Numbered from the whole stretch's first letter, positions 24,858-35,691 are shown. The stretch: 61,700 nucleotides of DNA, filler included, from 7 parts of 7 records of this genome joined end to end with filler, not necessarily neighbours in it; one strand, 5' to 3'. Notes: generated by a model from the letters alone, not told the origin. Made by a program: numbers and translations.

Positions 24858-26780
24858 TTATTTACCTATAATTATGAAATCGCAGCGTCTGTTGGCCAGA
24901 TGGTCTTCATTGCTGCAGGGAACACCGTTGGCGCAATTATTGATCAACCGCGACTCACCATAGCCTATGGCGCTCTCAATTCTTGAGGGATCAATTCCCA
25001 TATACACAAGATATTCTTGGGTAGACTTGGCCCTGTTGTTGGAGAGTTCCAAATTAAAGGTGTCCGATGCCCGTGAATCGGTATGGGCTTCAATTTTAAT
25101 TTTTACGCTTGGGAAAGCGTTCATAAAGCTTACTATCTTGTCCAGTTCTGCAGCGGCCTTATAGGTAATGTTATGTCGGTTCAGATTAAAGAATATAGGG
25201 TTTACCCTAACTTTTTCCATACCTCCTTCGTTGACTACAAAACTTGAAAAGGGGGTTAACACGGTATTATTGATATCTATAAAATGGTTAGGCGAATCTG
25301 CATTATTCACCATCTGGATTTCCTGTTTGTATTCCAGTTTAAAAAAGGCAAATATATGATTCACGCTGGGTGATAAAGCTACTTCAAAATTACCCTGTTG
25401 ATCGGTAGTGGTTTCCAAAACCAATTCTTTTTCCTGATTATATACCTTTATCTTAACCTCCGGGATAGGTGATTGGCTAATTTCGTCCTTTACGGTGCCT
25501 TTGTAGACCATCGTTTCGGCTATTTTGTTAAAGGCATATAAGTCGTCATCACCCTTGCCATCTATCCTATTGGAAGAAAAATAACCGGTATTTTCAGAAT
25601 TGTTTACGATAAAAGCAAAATCATCCATATTGCTATTAATGGGTATTCCCATGTTTTTTGCCATTCCAAACCCATTCTCGGATTCAATTTCAGCCTTGAA
25701 AATGTCGAGTCCACCTAGTCCAAAGTGACTGTCCGAAGCAAAATATAGGTATTGGCCTGCTATAAATGGAAACATTTCCCTTCCAGGAGTGTTAACACTG
25801 GGGCCAAGGTTGGTGGCCGGACCCAATTTTCCATCCTCCCTGATATCTACGTAATAAATATCGGTTTCCCCAAAACCTCCGAACATATTGGAAACAAAAT
25901 ATAGTCGCTTTCCATCCTCGGTCAGGTAAGGATGTCCAAAAGAGTATTTGGGATTATTGAATTTTAATGAAACGGCCCCCACAATGGAATCGCCTTTCAC
26001 CTCTCCCCGTAAGATCTGCATATTGGAAAATCCTTTTGGATTTACTTGTAAGTCGTTGTCTTTTAAATAGTTTTGGGTGAAATAAACGGTTTTATAATCC
26101 GAAGAGTAGGTAAGTGTTCCTTCGTGAAATGAAGATTGAATATTGGAATGCAATTTTTGCACGTCTTTTAGTTCACCTGTGGTAGTATCCCTCTTGGCCG
26201 TCAAAATGGACAAATAGGGCTGCTTGTTCCATGAATACTCCGCATCTTCCGAAGACTCCGGTGCCCGACTGGAAGAAAATACAATGGCATCTTTGTAATA
26301 CATTGGGGCAAAGTCCGATAGGGGCGAATTTATTTCCAAATTCCTTATTTCGTAAGTGGGAGTCTCGCCTATAAGGCTGTCCAAATATTTTTCCTGCTCC
26401 AAAATGGTGGCAAGTTTTAATTCATCGTAATTATAGTATTCCCTTATTAGGTTGTTGGCAGTAATATATTCCTGACAGGCCTTAAGGCATTGTACATATC
26501 GTATAAAAGTTACTTCATCCACTCTTTTTTCCTTAAGGGCATAAAGTTTTTCGTACCAAATTTTGGCATTGGCATAGTCGTTTATATTGAAATAGCTTTC
26601 CGCCAGTCGCTCCACAAATAGGGGCTTTGGCCGTTTCTTATTAGATTCGAGCTGTTGGTAAACATTAATGGCTTCTATGAAATTCAAATTTTGAAAATAT
26701 TCGTTCGCCTCCGCTCTGGTATTCTGTGCCAGAAGGATATTGGTTAGGAAAAGGGCGAATATGGGTAGGATTATCTTCAT
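24858..26780 (-). CDS. PorE-like OmpA-family protein (TPR, WD40/PD40, carboxypeptidase-regulatory-like, OmpA_C)
   Basis: TPR N-terminus, LYFVSN..GFGETDIY repeats, AHTDSR..N..LS..RA and NRRCDF. Confidence 0.88.
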   Translation of the reverse strand: MKIILPIFALFLTNILLAQNTRAEANEYFQNLNFIEAINVYQQLESNKKRPKPLFVERLAESYFNINDYANAKIWYEKLYALKEKRVDEVTFIRYVQCLKACQEYITANNLIREYYNYDELKLATILEQEKYLDSLIGETPTYEIRNLEINSPLSDFAPMYYKDAIVFSSSRAPESSEDAEYSWNKQPYLSILTAKRDTTTGELKDVQKLHSNIQSSFHEGTLTYSSDYKTVYFTQNYLKDNDLQVNPKGFSNMQILRGEVKGDSIVGAVSLKFNNPKYSFGHPYLTEDGKRLYFVSNMFGGFGETDIYYVDIREDGKLGPATNLGPSVNTPGREMFPFIAGQYLYFASDSHFGLGGLDIFKAEIESENGFGMAKNMGIPINSNMDDFAFIVNNSENTGYFSSNRIDGKGDDDLYAFNKIAETMVYKGTVKDEISQSPIPEVKIKVYNQEKELVLETTTDQQGNFEVALSPSVNHIFAFFKLEYKQEIQMVNNADSPNHFIDINNTVLTPFSSFVVNEGGMEKVRVNPIFFNLNRHNITYKAAAELDKIVSFMNAFPSVKIKIEAHTDSRASDTFNLELSNNRAKSTQEYLVYMGIDPSRIESAIGYGESRLINNCANGVPCSNEDHLANRRCDFIIIGK

Positions 26781-26790
26781 AGTTCTTAGC

Positions 26791-27720
26791 TTAGAAAAAT
26801 CTAGGTGAACGGGCATTTGGCCCCCATCTTGGCATTAAGTACTTCAATATTATTTCGTGCGACCCCTGATTGTAATCGCCAAGATCTGAAATGCTATAAT
26901 CATACGAATAGCCCAGAAAAAAGTTTTTGGAAACCTGAAATCCTGCCAAGGCACTATAACTGTCATTTAACCTGTGGGAAGCTCCCAAGGTAAATTTTTG
27001 CAGGAATAGTACATTTAGGGAGGCGTCTATGGTTGGAGGTGCATTATCTATGACCTTGACCAAAACAGAAGGTTTAAGCTTTAGGGCAGCGTTGATATCC
27101 AAAACATAACCACCTATAAAATATATATGATTGTCCCTGTGGATCAAGTTTTTGTCGCTAACTACATTGGATTGATTAATAAGTACGTTGGGAATGGAAA
27201 ATCCAATATACCAATTATCATTATATACATATATTCCAGCTCCAATTGCGGGAAGGGCATTGTAATAGTTGTCATAACTAAATAGAACATCATCCTGATC
27301 GTAATAGTTGCCTTTGGAATAATCTACTTCAAAAAAATCGATCCCAGCATTTATCCCTAACGACATTTTTACTTTTTTGCTTAAGTTTAGATAGTAAGAA
27401 AAAACCGCATTGGAACTAAACTCGGTCGATGGTCCAATGTTATCCTTAAAGATGTTGACCCCAAGTCCAATTCTATTATTAATGATTCCCGAAACTGTGA
27501 GTGCCTTTGTTTCGGGAGCTCCGTCGATCCCTATCCATTGGGCCCTGTAACTCAGGGTGGCATCCATACGGTTATTCTCGTTAACGTATGCAGGATTTAT
27601 GGTAGAGGTGTTGTACATATACTGGGTATATTGTGGCAGTTGCTGTGCCAATAGACTACCTCCGCTAACAAGGATAAGCAGTGTAATGAGCTTTAGGAAT
27701 TTTTTATGGGGGATCTTCAT
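26791..27720 (-). CDS. Type IX secretion system PorP/SprF family membrane protein
   Basis: QQLPQYTQYMYN..INPAY, YRAQW.G..GAP, GYSYD, GSHEI. Confidence 0.93.
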   Translation of the reverse strand: MKIPHKKFLKLITLLILVSGGSLLAQQLPQYTQYMYNTSTINPAYVNENNRMDATLSYRAQWIGIDGAPETKALTVSGIINNRIGLGVNIFKDNIGPSTEFSSNAVFSYYLNLSKKVKMSLGINAGIDFFEVDYSKGNYYDQDDVLFSYDNYYNALPAIGAGIYVYNDNWYIGFSIPNVLINQSNVVSDKNLIHRDNHIYFIGGYVLDINAALKLKPSVLVKVIDNAPPTIDASLNVLFLQKFTLGASHRLNDSYSALAGFQVSKNFFLGYSYDYSISDLGDYNQGSHEIILKYLMPRWGPNARSPRFF

Positions 27721-27745
27721 CTATAAATTTAAAGTGTAAAGCTCA

Positions 27746-29041
27746 TTAGTCTTTTCTTAAAAATAGCCAACCGGTTTTGTTTTCACTTAAGCCGTCGGTT
27801 CTTAAAATATAAAAGTAAGTTCCAGTGGGCAAGGGGTTTCCTTTGCCTATAGTGCCACTTACATTGGCCAGTCCTCTCCAATCATTTTGGTAGGCCTTTT
27901 GCTGATAGACTAGGTCACCATATCTGTTAAATATTTGGAGTTCCGACTCGGGGAAAGTTTCTATACAGTCTATTCTGAAATAGTCGTTTTTCCCATCGTC
28001 ATTGGGTGTAAATTCATTGTATATGGTAATACAGGATGGTTCCAAAGTAATTTCAGCACTATTGTTCTGCGAATTTTTATCCGCAGGAAAGGAGGTTTCG
28101 ATGAGTGAATTACTACTGTAACTACCATTGGGCATAGCCTCAACTTCAAGGTTCAAAACCGCAGTTGCCTTGGCTTGTAATGATGAAAGGCTCCAAACCT
28201 TGTTCGTTGCATCAAAGTTACCCTGGGAGGTTTTCGCATTAACATAACCAAAACCCGTGTCCAATTGCTCTTTGATCACTATATCGTTGAAATTGGACAT
28301 TCCTTCGTTTTCAACAGTAATGGTCAAAACTACTTTTTCCCCTATCATCGGGTGTTTGTTACTGACCGTTTTGTTAATTTTTAAGTCTGATGGCCCATTG
28401 ATCTTAACCGTAACCATTAGTCTGTTGGTACTTTCACAAGTTGAGGAAACTTGGGCTGCAAAATATTGCCTTCCATTTTGCAAAGGGGTATCAAAATCCA
28501 GTACTTTGCCTTCCAGGGCAGTGTTGTACCAAACAACATTGATTGGCTCCACCTCCAAATCGCCGACAGTCGGATTTTGACCAATCGCAAAAACTTGGAC
28601 ATTACTTGAAGTAGTTGGGGTGGAAGGGGCATGTAGGATGACGGAAATTGCCAAACGTTGTTCACTTTCCTTGCCATCCAATAATTGTGCGGCGTAATAA
28701 GTTGAATTATCTATTAATAGGCTGTTAGGGGCCAATGGATTGCCGTGGGAGGCACTGTTATACCAGACAATGTTGGATTCATTTATTTGAATAGCGCTTA
28801 AGGTGGGGCGGTCGAACGCGCAAAATTCCTGTTGGGTATTTTTAGTGGTAGGGGGAGATACCTCCAGTATATGATCCGCGTCCATAGAATGATCATAAAA
28901 ATGAATGCTTTCGGTCTTAATGAGCTCCGGATTTATTTTTGGAATTGAGTAACATTGCTCTTGCCCAGCCAGAAAGACTACAAGGCAAAAAAATAAATCC
29001 AAAGTAAACCGGCCGATAGTTGTTTTGGTGTAAAATCTCAT
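27746..29041 (-). CDS. T9SS type-B cargo (two Ig-like repeats, DUF11-like domain, gliding-motility-associated CTD)
   Basis: Repeats N(I/V)VWYN..Y(Y/F)AAQ..ES..RL; DLKINKTV..NN; CTD FTPNDDGKNDYF..IFNRYG..W.G..LPTGTYFY. Confidence 0.88.
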   Translation of the reverse strand: MRFYTKTTIGRFTLDLFFCLVVFLAGQEQCYSIPKINPELIKTESIHFYDHSMDADHILEVSPPTTKNTQQEFCAFDRPTLSAIQINESNIVWYNSASHGNPLAPNSLLIDNSTYYAAQLLDGKESEQRLAISVILHAPSTPTTSSNVQVFAIGQNPTVGDLEVEPINVVWYNTALEGKVLDFDTPLQNGRQYFAAQVSSTCESTNRLMVTVKINGPSDLKINKTVSNKHPMIGEKVVLTITVENEGMSNFNDIVIKEQLDTGFGYVNAKTSQGNFDATNKVWSLSSLQAKATAVLNLEVEAMPNGSYSSNSLIETSFPADKNSQNNSAEITLEPSCITIYNEFTPNDDGKNDYFRIDCIETFPESELQIFNRYGDLVYQQKAYQNDWRGLANVSGTIGKGNPLPTGTYFYILRTDGLSENKTGWLFLRKD

Positions 29042-29179
29042 TTACGGCTAATAAATTTGGTTCTATAACGCAGAAAAAAATAAATTATTTAGTTTTTTGA
29101 GAATTATCCTTCGCAGCAAGGCCCACATAGATGGGCTTTTCAGAGAATTAGGAAGGAATTATTATCAGATAATACAAGT

Positions 29180-30067
29180 CTATTGGAATTCCACAGGTAC
29201 TTTATTTCGGTGTTTCCAACGTTTGTGCGTCCAAAGGTAGTACTCCGGTTTTTCCCGTATCTGATCTTCGGTCAACCTAAGAAATTGGTCAGTAATTTGA
29301 TGTTTTTTGGTCTGCTTGCCGGAGGTGGTAATGGGGATGAATTCCGCTTGGTAATACCCTCTTTTTACTTTGGAAACCTTAAGGAAGACCACTGCTAGGT
29401 CCAATTTTCTGGCCATGCTCTCGGGCCCATTAAAAATGGGTACCTTAACGCCCATAAATTCGCTCCAATACTGTGCCCTTTTTACTTGGGGGGATTGATC
29501 GCTCACCATACCATAGGCAGAATTTACCCCATTTTGGACATTTCTATATACTGTTTTTACGGTTTCCTGTTGGGTAATTAGGGTGGTGTTCCATTTGGCC
29601 CTTATTTTCTTTATTAAATCGTCAAAATAGGAATTCCCAATTTTTTGGTAAACGGCATATCCTTTGGCATTCACATAATTGTTAATGCTCACGTTCCACT
29701 CCCAATTGGCGTAATGGGAACATACGATAAGAACACTTTTATCTTTAACGATGTCCTGAAGTACTTCAATATTAATGATCTTATAGCGTTCCTTTAGCTC
29801 CTCTTTGGATAGGTTCAAGGTCTTCACCATTTCCAGGAACATATCGCACATATGACGGTAGAATTCCTTTTTAATCTTTTTTAATTCCTTTTTTGACTTG
29901 CCGGGAAAGGCACGTGCAAGGTTTTCGGATACGACCCTTTTGCGGTAACCAACAACATAGAAAAGCACAAAAAATACAAAGTCCGAGAAAAAGTAAAAAA
30001 GTCTAAAAGGTAATATGGAGATAAGCCATAGGAGGGGATATACTAGAATATAGACCAGAAATTGCAT
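29180..30067 (-). CDS. Lipid A biosynthesis acyltransferase (LpxL/HtrB family)
   Basis: HYANWE, SDQ, PEYYLWTHKRWK. Confidence 0.92.
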   Translation of the reverse strand: MQFLVYILVYPLLWLISILPFRLFYFFSDFVFFVLFYVVGYRKRVVSENLARAFPGKSKKELKKIKKEFYRHMCDMFLEMVKTLNLSKEELKERYKIINIEVLQDIVKDKSVLIVCSHYANWEWNVSINNYVNAKGYAVYQKIGNSYFDDLIKKIRAKWNTTLITQQETVKTVYRNVQNGVNSAYGMVSDQSPQVKRAQYWSEFMGVKVPIFNGPESMARKLDLAVVFLKVSKVKRGYYQAEFIPITTSGKQTKKHQITDQFLRLTEDQIREKPEYYLWTHKRWKHRNKVPVEFQ

Positions 30068-30083
30068 GCAGATATAATTAGGG

Positions 30084-30101
30084 CAAATATAGCTATATTT
30101 G
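30084..30101. promoter_or_regulatory. Back-to-back Bacteroidota -7 promoter elements
   Basis: Perfect palindrome CAAATATAGCTATATTTG gives TATATTTG on each strand between divergent genes. Confidence 0.65.
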
Positions 30102-30125
30102 AACCCAAAAATAATAGTTTTCTTC

Positions 30126-30776
30126 ATGAATAACATTCATCTTGCTACCATTGCCATCATGGCTGCCAATGTCCTTGCCTCCCTAAAAGGTTTTAATAAC
30201 ACTACCTTCTTTGAACGTTACAAGTTCGGTGTCGGAGCTATTCAGGCAGGACAGAAAGATAGGATGGTTACATCAGGTTTTTTGCATGTTGACCTTTCCC
30301 ATCTATTTTTTAATATGTTTACCCTTTACTTTTTTGCAGATGTGGTCATTGATTGGTTTGGTCCCAGTAAATTTCTTATTCTTTATTTTATCAGTCTAGT
30401 TGCCGGAAGTTTACTGGCATTATACTTTCATAAGAACGAACCTTACTATAGTGCCGTCGGTGCCAGTGGGGCGGTAACCGGTATATTGTACTCGGCCATC
30501 CTGCTGGAGCCTGGGATGCGATTGGGAATTATGTTCATTCCTATACCTTTACCAGCTTATGTTTTAGGAATCCTCTACTTATTTTACTCTATCTATGGAA
30601 TGAAAACACGCTTGGGGAACATTGGGCACACCGCACACTTTGGGGGTGCCATTGGTGGGTATGTAGTTACCTTGTTATTTAAACCCGATCTTCTTGTGAC
30701 AGATAGTTTAATGGTGCTTTTATTGGCTTTGCCAATTGTGCTACTTTTTATTCTGGGGAAAATGGGCAAGATATAA
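30126..30776 (+). CDS. Rhomboid family intramembrane serine protease
   Basis: SGFLH..HLFFNM, GASG, HTAHFGG. Confidence 0.94.
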   Translation: MNNIHLATIAIMAANVLASLKGFNNTTFFERYKFGVGAIQAGQKDRMVTSGFLHVDLSHLFFNMFTLYFFADVVIDWFGPSKFLILYFISLVAGSLLALYFHKNEPYYSAVGASGAVTGILYSAILLEPGMRLGIMFIPIPLPAYVLGILYLFYSIYGMKTRLGNIGHTAHFGGAIGGYVVTLLFKPDLLVTDSLMVLLLALPIVLLFILGKMGKI

Positions 30777-30880
30777 GGGGCATATTATATACGGCAACTC
30801 TATAAGATTTTCATACAGGAGCGAAGCTGTTGACGATTCCAGTATTTATACAATTTTTTATATCAGATCCGGATAAAACT

Positions 30881-30916
30881 AAAAAAGAGGCTGCCTTCTT
30901 AGACAGCCTCTTTTTT
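30881..30916. terminator. Bidirectional intrinsic terminator
   Basis: AAAAAAGAGGCTG-N-CAGCCTCTTTTTT between convergent genes. Confidence 0.9.
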
Positions 30917-30937
30917 ATGTAAAATTCTGTTTTTATC

Positions 30938-32068
30938 TTACTGCAAAAGTTCTGAAATTTTCGACTCCAATTCAGGGCCTCTTAGGTTTTTTGCTACAAT
31001 AACCCCGTTTTCATCAAGGATAAAGGTAGCAGGGATGGCTTCTACATTGTAAAGTTTGGCCACGGCATCGTTAAAGTAATCCAAACTGGATATATGGTTC
31101 CAGCTAAGTTTGTCATCTGCAATCGCCTTTTTCCAATCTTCTTCCTTTCTATCCAAGGAAACACCAATAATGTTAAGTCCCTTGGAGTGGTATTTGTTAT
31201 AGATGTTGACCACATTTGGATTTTCAACCCTACAAGGTTTACACCAGGCGGCCCAAAAATCGATGATGGTCACTTTTCCCATGGCTTCTTTCAAGGACAA
31301 TTCCTTACCGTCTGGGGTAGGTCCTGAAAAGTCGGGGGCAGTAGCGCCTATTGCCGTACTCTTACCTTTTTCTTCCCTGGCTTTGGCAGCTTCCAAACTT
31401 TTTAAAATGTTTTTGGCAGGCAGTGTTTCCTTTATCTCTGGTGTTAGGGCATCATACATTTTTTGTGCTTCTTCGCTCTCAATAATTCTTGTACCAATTC
31501 CTTTCTCTATCAACAAAGCGGAAATAAGACCATTTGGATTGTTCTTAATGAAATTCAATTCAAAATTCTTAAATTCTTCTTGAAGCTCTGCAAACTCGTC
31601 ACGCAAAGAGTTTACGGTAGCTTCATTTCCGCCCATATTGGCGTTTTGCATATCCCTTTGGATGGACATTGCCTGATCGGATAAAGCCCTTGATTCACTT
31701 AGATAGTTAAAGAAAATATTATTTTGTTCAGTTCCTTTGACCTTGGCAAAATTTAAACTATCCTTTTGGGCAGTTAGTTCTATTTCACCTTTTTCGGCAA
31801 CAACGGGGGTATAGCCTTGTACCTTATCAATAAAAACATACATTAAATCGGGCGAATCAACAGGACCACTAATTGTAAACTTACCGTTTTCAACTGTAGT
31901 GGTGTCAATATCATAGGGCTGATTATTTTCATCAATTTTTCTTATAAATATTTGGGTACCGTTTTCCACATCACCGGTTAAAGTTCCATTCAATACAAAA
32001 CCTTCAGGTTTACTGTTGCACGCTATAACTCCTACAAGAACAGTAAGGGATAATAATATTTTTTTCAT
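30938..32068 (-). CDS. TlpA/AhpC-TSA family thiol-disulfide oxidoreductase lipoprotein (DUF4369-like N-terminus)
   Basis: Lipobox VIAC; DFWAAWCKPCR; AIPAT; TACATTTG -7 box at 32090-32097. Confidence 0.9.
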   Translation of the reverse strand: MKKILLSLTVLVGVIACNSKPEGFVLNGTLTGDVENGTQIFIRKIDENNQPYDIDTTTVENGKFTISGPVDSPDLMYVFIDKVQGYTPVVAEKGEIELTAQKDSLNFAKVKGTEQNNIFFNYLSESRALSDQAMSIQRDMQNANMGGNEATVNSLRDEFAELQEEFKNFELNFIKNNPNGLISALLIEKGIGTRIIESEEAQKMYDALTPEIKETLPAKNILKSLEAAKAREEKGKSTAIGATAPDFSGPTPDGKELSLKEAMGKVTIIDFWAAWCKPCRVENPNVVNIYNKYHSKGLNIIGVSLDRKEEDWKKAIADDKLSWNHISSLDYFNDAVAKLYNVEAIPATFILDENGVIVAKNLRGPELESKISELLQ

Positions 32069-32177
32069 TGTTTTTTCTTTTAATTGCCGCAAATGTACTT
32101 ATATATGAGTAATAAAAAAAGCCATAAATGCTACAAGAACATTCATGGCCCAATAAATTAGTAATTAGTTAATTGTA

Positions 32178-32687
32178 TTAAAACTGATAGCGAATACCCA
32201 AGGCTATATCGAAATCAAAATTATCAGAGAAGTCTTTGTAGCCTACTATCCCTATTTCAGGTCTAAAATCCAATGAAATTAGTAAAGGAATATCAAAGTT
32301 GTATTCTATACCAATATCCCCGGCTGCCAAAACAAATAGTCCGCCATCGGGTGTATAGAAACCTCCATTGCCATTGGGTCTTGATGCGAAATCTACACTT
32401 CCTAGACCACCACCGGCACCATAGTACCAGTTGAAATTTCCATCCAATGGCCTAACCCACTGGTAAAGGGCCGTTAATTTAAAAGCATCAAAATAACGGC
32501 TATCCCGCCATCCAAGGTTGGCTTCCAATCTGTTGTCGCGGTCCAAAGATTTTTGATAGGAAATTTCTGCACCAAAACCATCACTGTCTCCCAAGCGTAG
32601 ACCAATGGCGTGATCGGATATTTCCTGGGCACTCATAGAGAACCAGGAGCAGAACATAAATAGGGTAAATAATTTTAAAATTTTCAT
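32178..32687 (-). CDS. Small outer-membrane beta-barrel protein (hypothetical)
   Basis: Signal peptide, amphipathic strands (AIGLRLG, GIEYNF..LSLDFRP-like) and C-terminal IRYQF. Confidence 0.75.
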   Translation of the reverse strand: MKILKLFTLFMFCSWFSMSAQEISDHAIGLRLGDSDGFGAEISYQKSLDRDNRLEANLGWRDSRYFDAFKLTALYQWVRPLDGNFNWYYGAGGGLGSVDFASRPNGNGGFYTPDGGLFVLAAGDIGIEYNFDIPLLISLDFRPEIGIVGYKDFSDNFDFDIALGIRYQF

Positions 32688-32778
32688 AAGTGTTCTAAAG
32701 TTAATTAATGTAAAAATTAAAAATTCATTATTAATCTGAAACAATAAAACTTAATTTAGTGCCCAAAATTGTTTTGAG

Positions 32779-35691
32779 TTGGATAAAAATATGCTAAATA
32801 AATTAAAAGGTGATTTAGAGGGCGATTTGTTTGTGGACAAATTAATGACCACCCTATATGCCACCGATGCTTCCGTATATAGAAAAATGCCAATGGCAGT
32901 GGCCTACCCGAAGACTGAAGAGGATATAAGAAAACTAATTCTTTTTGCAGGAGAGCACAAAATTGGTTTAATACCTAGAACAGCAGGAACCTCCCTGGCC
33001 GGACAATGTGTTGGGGACGGTATAGTAGTGGATGTCTCCAAAAATTTCACCAAGATTCTTTCTGTTGATGTAGATAAAAAACAAGTAACTGTCCAGCCAG
33101 GGGTTATCCGCGACGAGCTAAATCTTTATTTGGCGCCATATGGCCTATTTTTTGGACCCAACACTTCTACTTCCAACCGCTGTATGATAGGCGGAATGGT
33201 AGGCAATAACTCTTCAGGGACCACCTCCATACAATACGGGGTTACCCGTGATCAGGTGGTATCCCTACAGACCTATTTATCCGATGGTAGCAAGGTAGAA
33301 TTTAAAGACCTGTCCTTGAACGAATTTCTGGGCAAAATGGCCTTGGATAATTTTGAAGGAGAAATTTACAACAGTCTTCATAAAGAGCTAAGCAATAAGG
33401 AAATACAGGCGGAAATTTTAAAGGAATTTCCCAAACCCCAGATACATAGACGCAATACCGGATATGCTGTGGACGAGTTGCTCAAGAACAATATTTTTGG
33501 GGATAGTACCCAAGGCATAAACCTATGTAAATTATTGAGTGGGAGTGAAGGTACCTTGGCCTTTACGACAGAAATAGTGCTTCAATTGACCGAGTTGCCG
33601 CCAAAACTTTCCGCAATGGTGGTTACCCATTACAAAACTTTGGAAGATTGCTTGTTGGACGTTGCTCCCCTTATGACCCACAATCTGCATACCTGCGAAA
33701 TGATGGACAAGGTAATTTTGGATTGTACTAAAAATAACCGTACCCAATTGGAGAACAGATTTTTTGTGGAAGGGGATCCCGCAGCTTTATTGATGCTGGA
33801 GGTTAAAGCGGATACCGAAGAAGATTTGGACAATCAACTTCAGCAGTTATTGGAGACCGTTAAAAAGTCGGGATTGAGCTATGCCAGCCCTATATTAAGG
33901 TTGGCCGATGTGAATAAGGCAATAGAACTTAGAAAGGCCGGATTGGGCCTTCTTGGAAATATAGTTGGAGACCGAAAGGCGGTTGCCTGTATAGAGGATA
34001 CTGCGGTAGCCTTGGAAGACCTAAAGGATTTTATAGGGGAATTCACCCAAATAATGAAGGACTATAAGCAGGATGCGGTCTACTACGCCCATGCTGGGGC
34101 AGGGGAGTTGCATTTAAGACCGATCTTAAATTTAAAGAAATCTGCAGATGTGGCCTTGTTCAGGTCCATTACTACAGACGTGGCCAAACTTACCAAAAAA
34201 TACCATGGATCCTTTAGCGGGGAACACGGTGATGGAATTGTAAGGGCCGAGTTTATTCCACTAATGATCGGACAGAAGAATTATGAGCTCCTTAAACGGG
34301 TAAAAACCTATTTTGACCCACAAAATATTTTCAATCCAGGAAAAATTGTGGATGCCTATCCCATGGACGAGTCCCTGAGGTATGAAATTGACCGCGAAGA
34401 ACCGGAAATAAAAACCTTGATGGATTTTTCCGATAGTGAAGGCATTCTAAAAGCGGCCGAAAAATGTAATGGTAGTGGGGATTGTAGAAAGACACATTTG
34501 GTATCCGGAGCCATGTGCCCCAGTTATCATGCCACCAAAAATGAAAAGGATACTACAAGAGGCCGTGCCAATACCCTGCGCGAATTTTTGACTTCTTCGG
34601 AAAAGACGAATAAGTTTAACAATAAGGAGCTAAAAGAAGTTTTTGATCTTTGTTTAAGCTGTAAGGCCTGCTCCAGTGAATGCCCCAGTAATGTTGATGT
34701 GGCCACACTTAAAGCTGAATTTCTTTATCAATATCAGGAAGAGAACGGGTACCCCTTAAGGGCGAAGCTTTTTGCCTATAATACCAAGCTGAATAAATTG
34801 GGAAGTAGTATGGCAGGTATTACCAATGCCATGTACGATTCCAAAATATTTGGCGGATTGCTTAAGAAGTCGGTCGGAGTTGCAGAGCAACGTAGTCTGC
34901 CAAAAGTCTATAAGTTCGATTTTGATAAGGAGCTTCAAAAAGCTAAGGTTCAGGTAAATACGACCAGGTCCAAAGTTGTGCTGTACATAGATGAATTTAC
35001 CAACTATTTGGATGTTGATCTGGGTAGGGATGCTATTGAAGTGCTGACGCGATTGGGGTATGAGGTGGAACTTTTTTATGCAGAGAGTGGAAGGACCTAT
35101 ATTTCCAAAGGATTTTTAAAGCAGGCCAAAAAATTGGCGATTGAGAATGTGGATAAACTTTCGCAGCTAGCCGAAAAGGGACTTCCAATAATTGGATTGG
35201 AACCTTCCGCCATACTTACGTTTAGGGATGAATATAAGCGATTTGGTTTAGACAAAAAGAAGATGGATGCCGTTGCTGCCAATTCTTTTTTAATAGAAGA
35301 ATTTTTGGCCAAAGAAATTCAGATAGGTGTTTTAACATCCGATCTATTTACCCAGGAAGCCAAGACTGTAAAGATCCACACACATTGTCATCAAAAGTCA
35401 ATTTCCAATCAAAAGGTAACCTTCGACATATTGAATCTTCCAAAAAATTATACTGTTTCTATAATAAGTTCCGGATGTTGTGGTATGGCAGGGTCCTTTG
35501 GTTATGAAAAGGAGCACTATGAGGTAAGTATGCAGGTAGGGGAGCTAAAATTGTTTCCGGCCGTTAGGAAGTCCGCAGAGGATGTGATCATCGCTGCCAA
35601 TGGCACCAGTTGTAGGCATCAGATCTTTGATGGTACCCAAAGGAAGGCAGTTCACCCTATTACCGTTTTGAAGGAGGCGCTTATTGCCTAA
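32779..35691 (+). CDS. FAD-linked oxidase with 4Fe-4S and CCG domains (YdiJ/GlcD-GlcF-like)
   Basis: YATDAS, GTSLAGQ, GSEGTL, SGEHGDG, CLSCKACSSECP, CCGMAG. Confidence 0.92.
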   Translation: MDKNMLNKLKGDLEGDLFVDKLMTTLYATDASVYRKMPMAVAYPKTEEDIRKLILFAGEHKIGLIPRTAGTSLAGQCVGDGIVVDVSKNFTKILSVDVDKKQVTVQPGVIRDELNLYLAPYGLFFGPNTSTSNRCMIGGMVGNNSSGTTSIQYGVTRDQVVSLQTYLSDGSKVEFKDLSLNEFLGKMALDNFEGEIYNSLHKELSNKEIQAEILKEFPKPQIHRRNTGYAVDELLKNNIFGDSTQGINLCKLLSGSEGTLAFTTEIVLQLTELPPKLSAMVVTHYKTLEDCLLDVAPLMTHNLHTCEMMDKVILDCTKNNRTQLENRFFVEGDPAALLMLEVKADTEEDLDNQLQQLLETVKKSGLSYASPILRLADVNKAIELRKAGLGLLGNIVGDRKAVACIEDTAVALEDLKDFIGEFTQIMKDYKQDAVYYAHAGAGELHLRPILNLKKSADVALFRSITTDVAKLTKKYHGSFSGEHGDGIVRAEFIPLMIGQKNYELLKRVKTYFDPQNIFNPGKIVDAYPMDESLRYEIDREEPEIKTLMDFSDSEGILKAAEKCNGSGDCRKTHLVSGAMCPSYHATKNEKDTTRGRANTLREFLTSSEKTNKFNNKELKEVFDLCLSCKACSSECPSNVDVATLKAEFLYQYQEENGYPLRAKLFAYNTKLNKLGSSMAGITNAMYDSKIFGGLLKKSVGVAEQRSLPKVYKFDFDKELQKAKVQVNTTRSKVVLYIDEFTNYLDVDLGRDAIEVLTRLGYEVELFYAESGRTYISKGFLKQAKKLAIENVDKLSQLAEKGLPIIGLEPSAILTFRDEYKRFGLDKKKMDAVAANSFLIEEFLAKEIQIGVLTSDLFTQEAKTVKIHTHCHQKSISNQKVTFDILNLPKNYTVSIISSGCCGMAGSFGYEKEHYEVSMQVGELKLFPAVRKSAEDVIIAANGTSCRHQIFDGTQRKAVHPITVLKEALIA

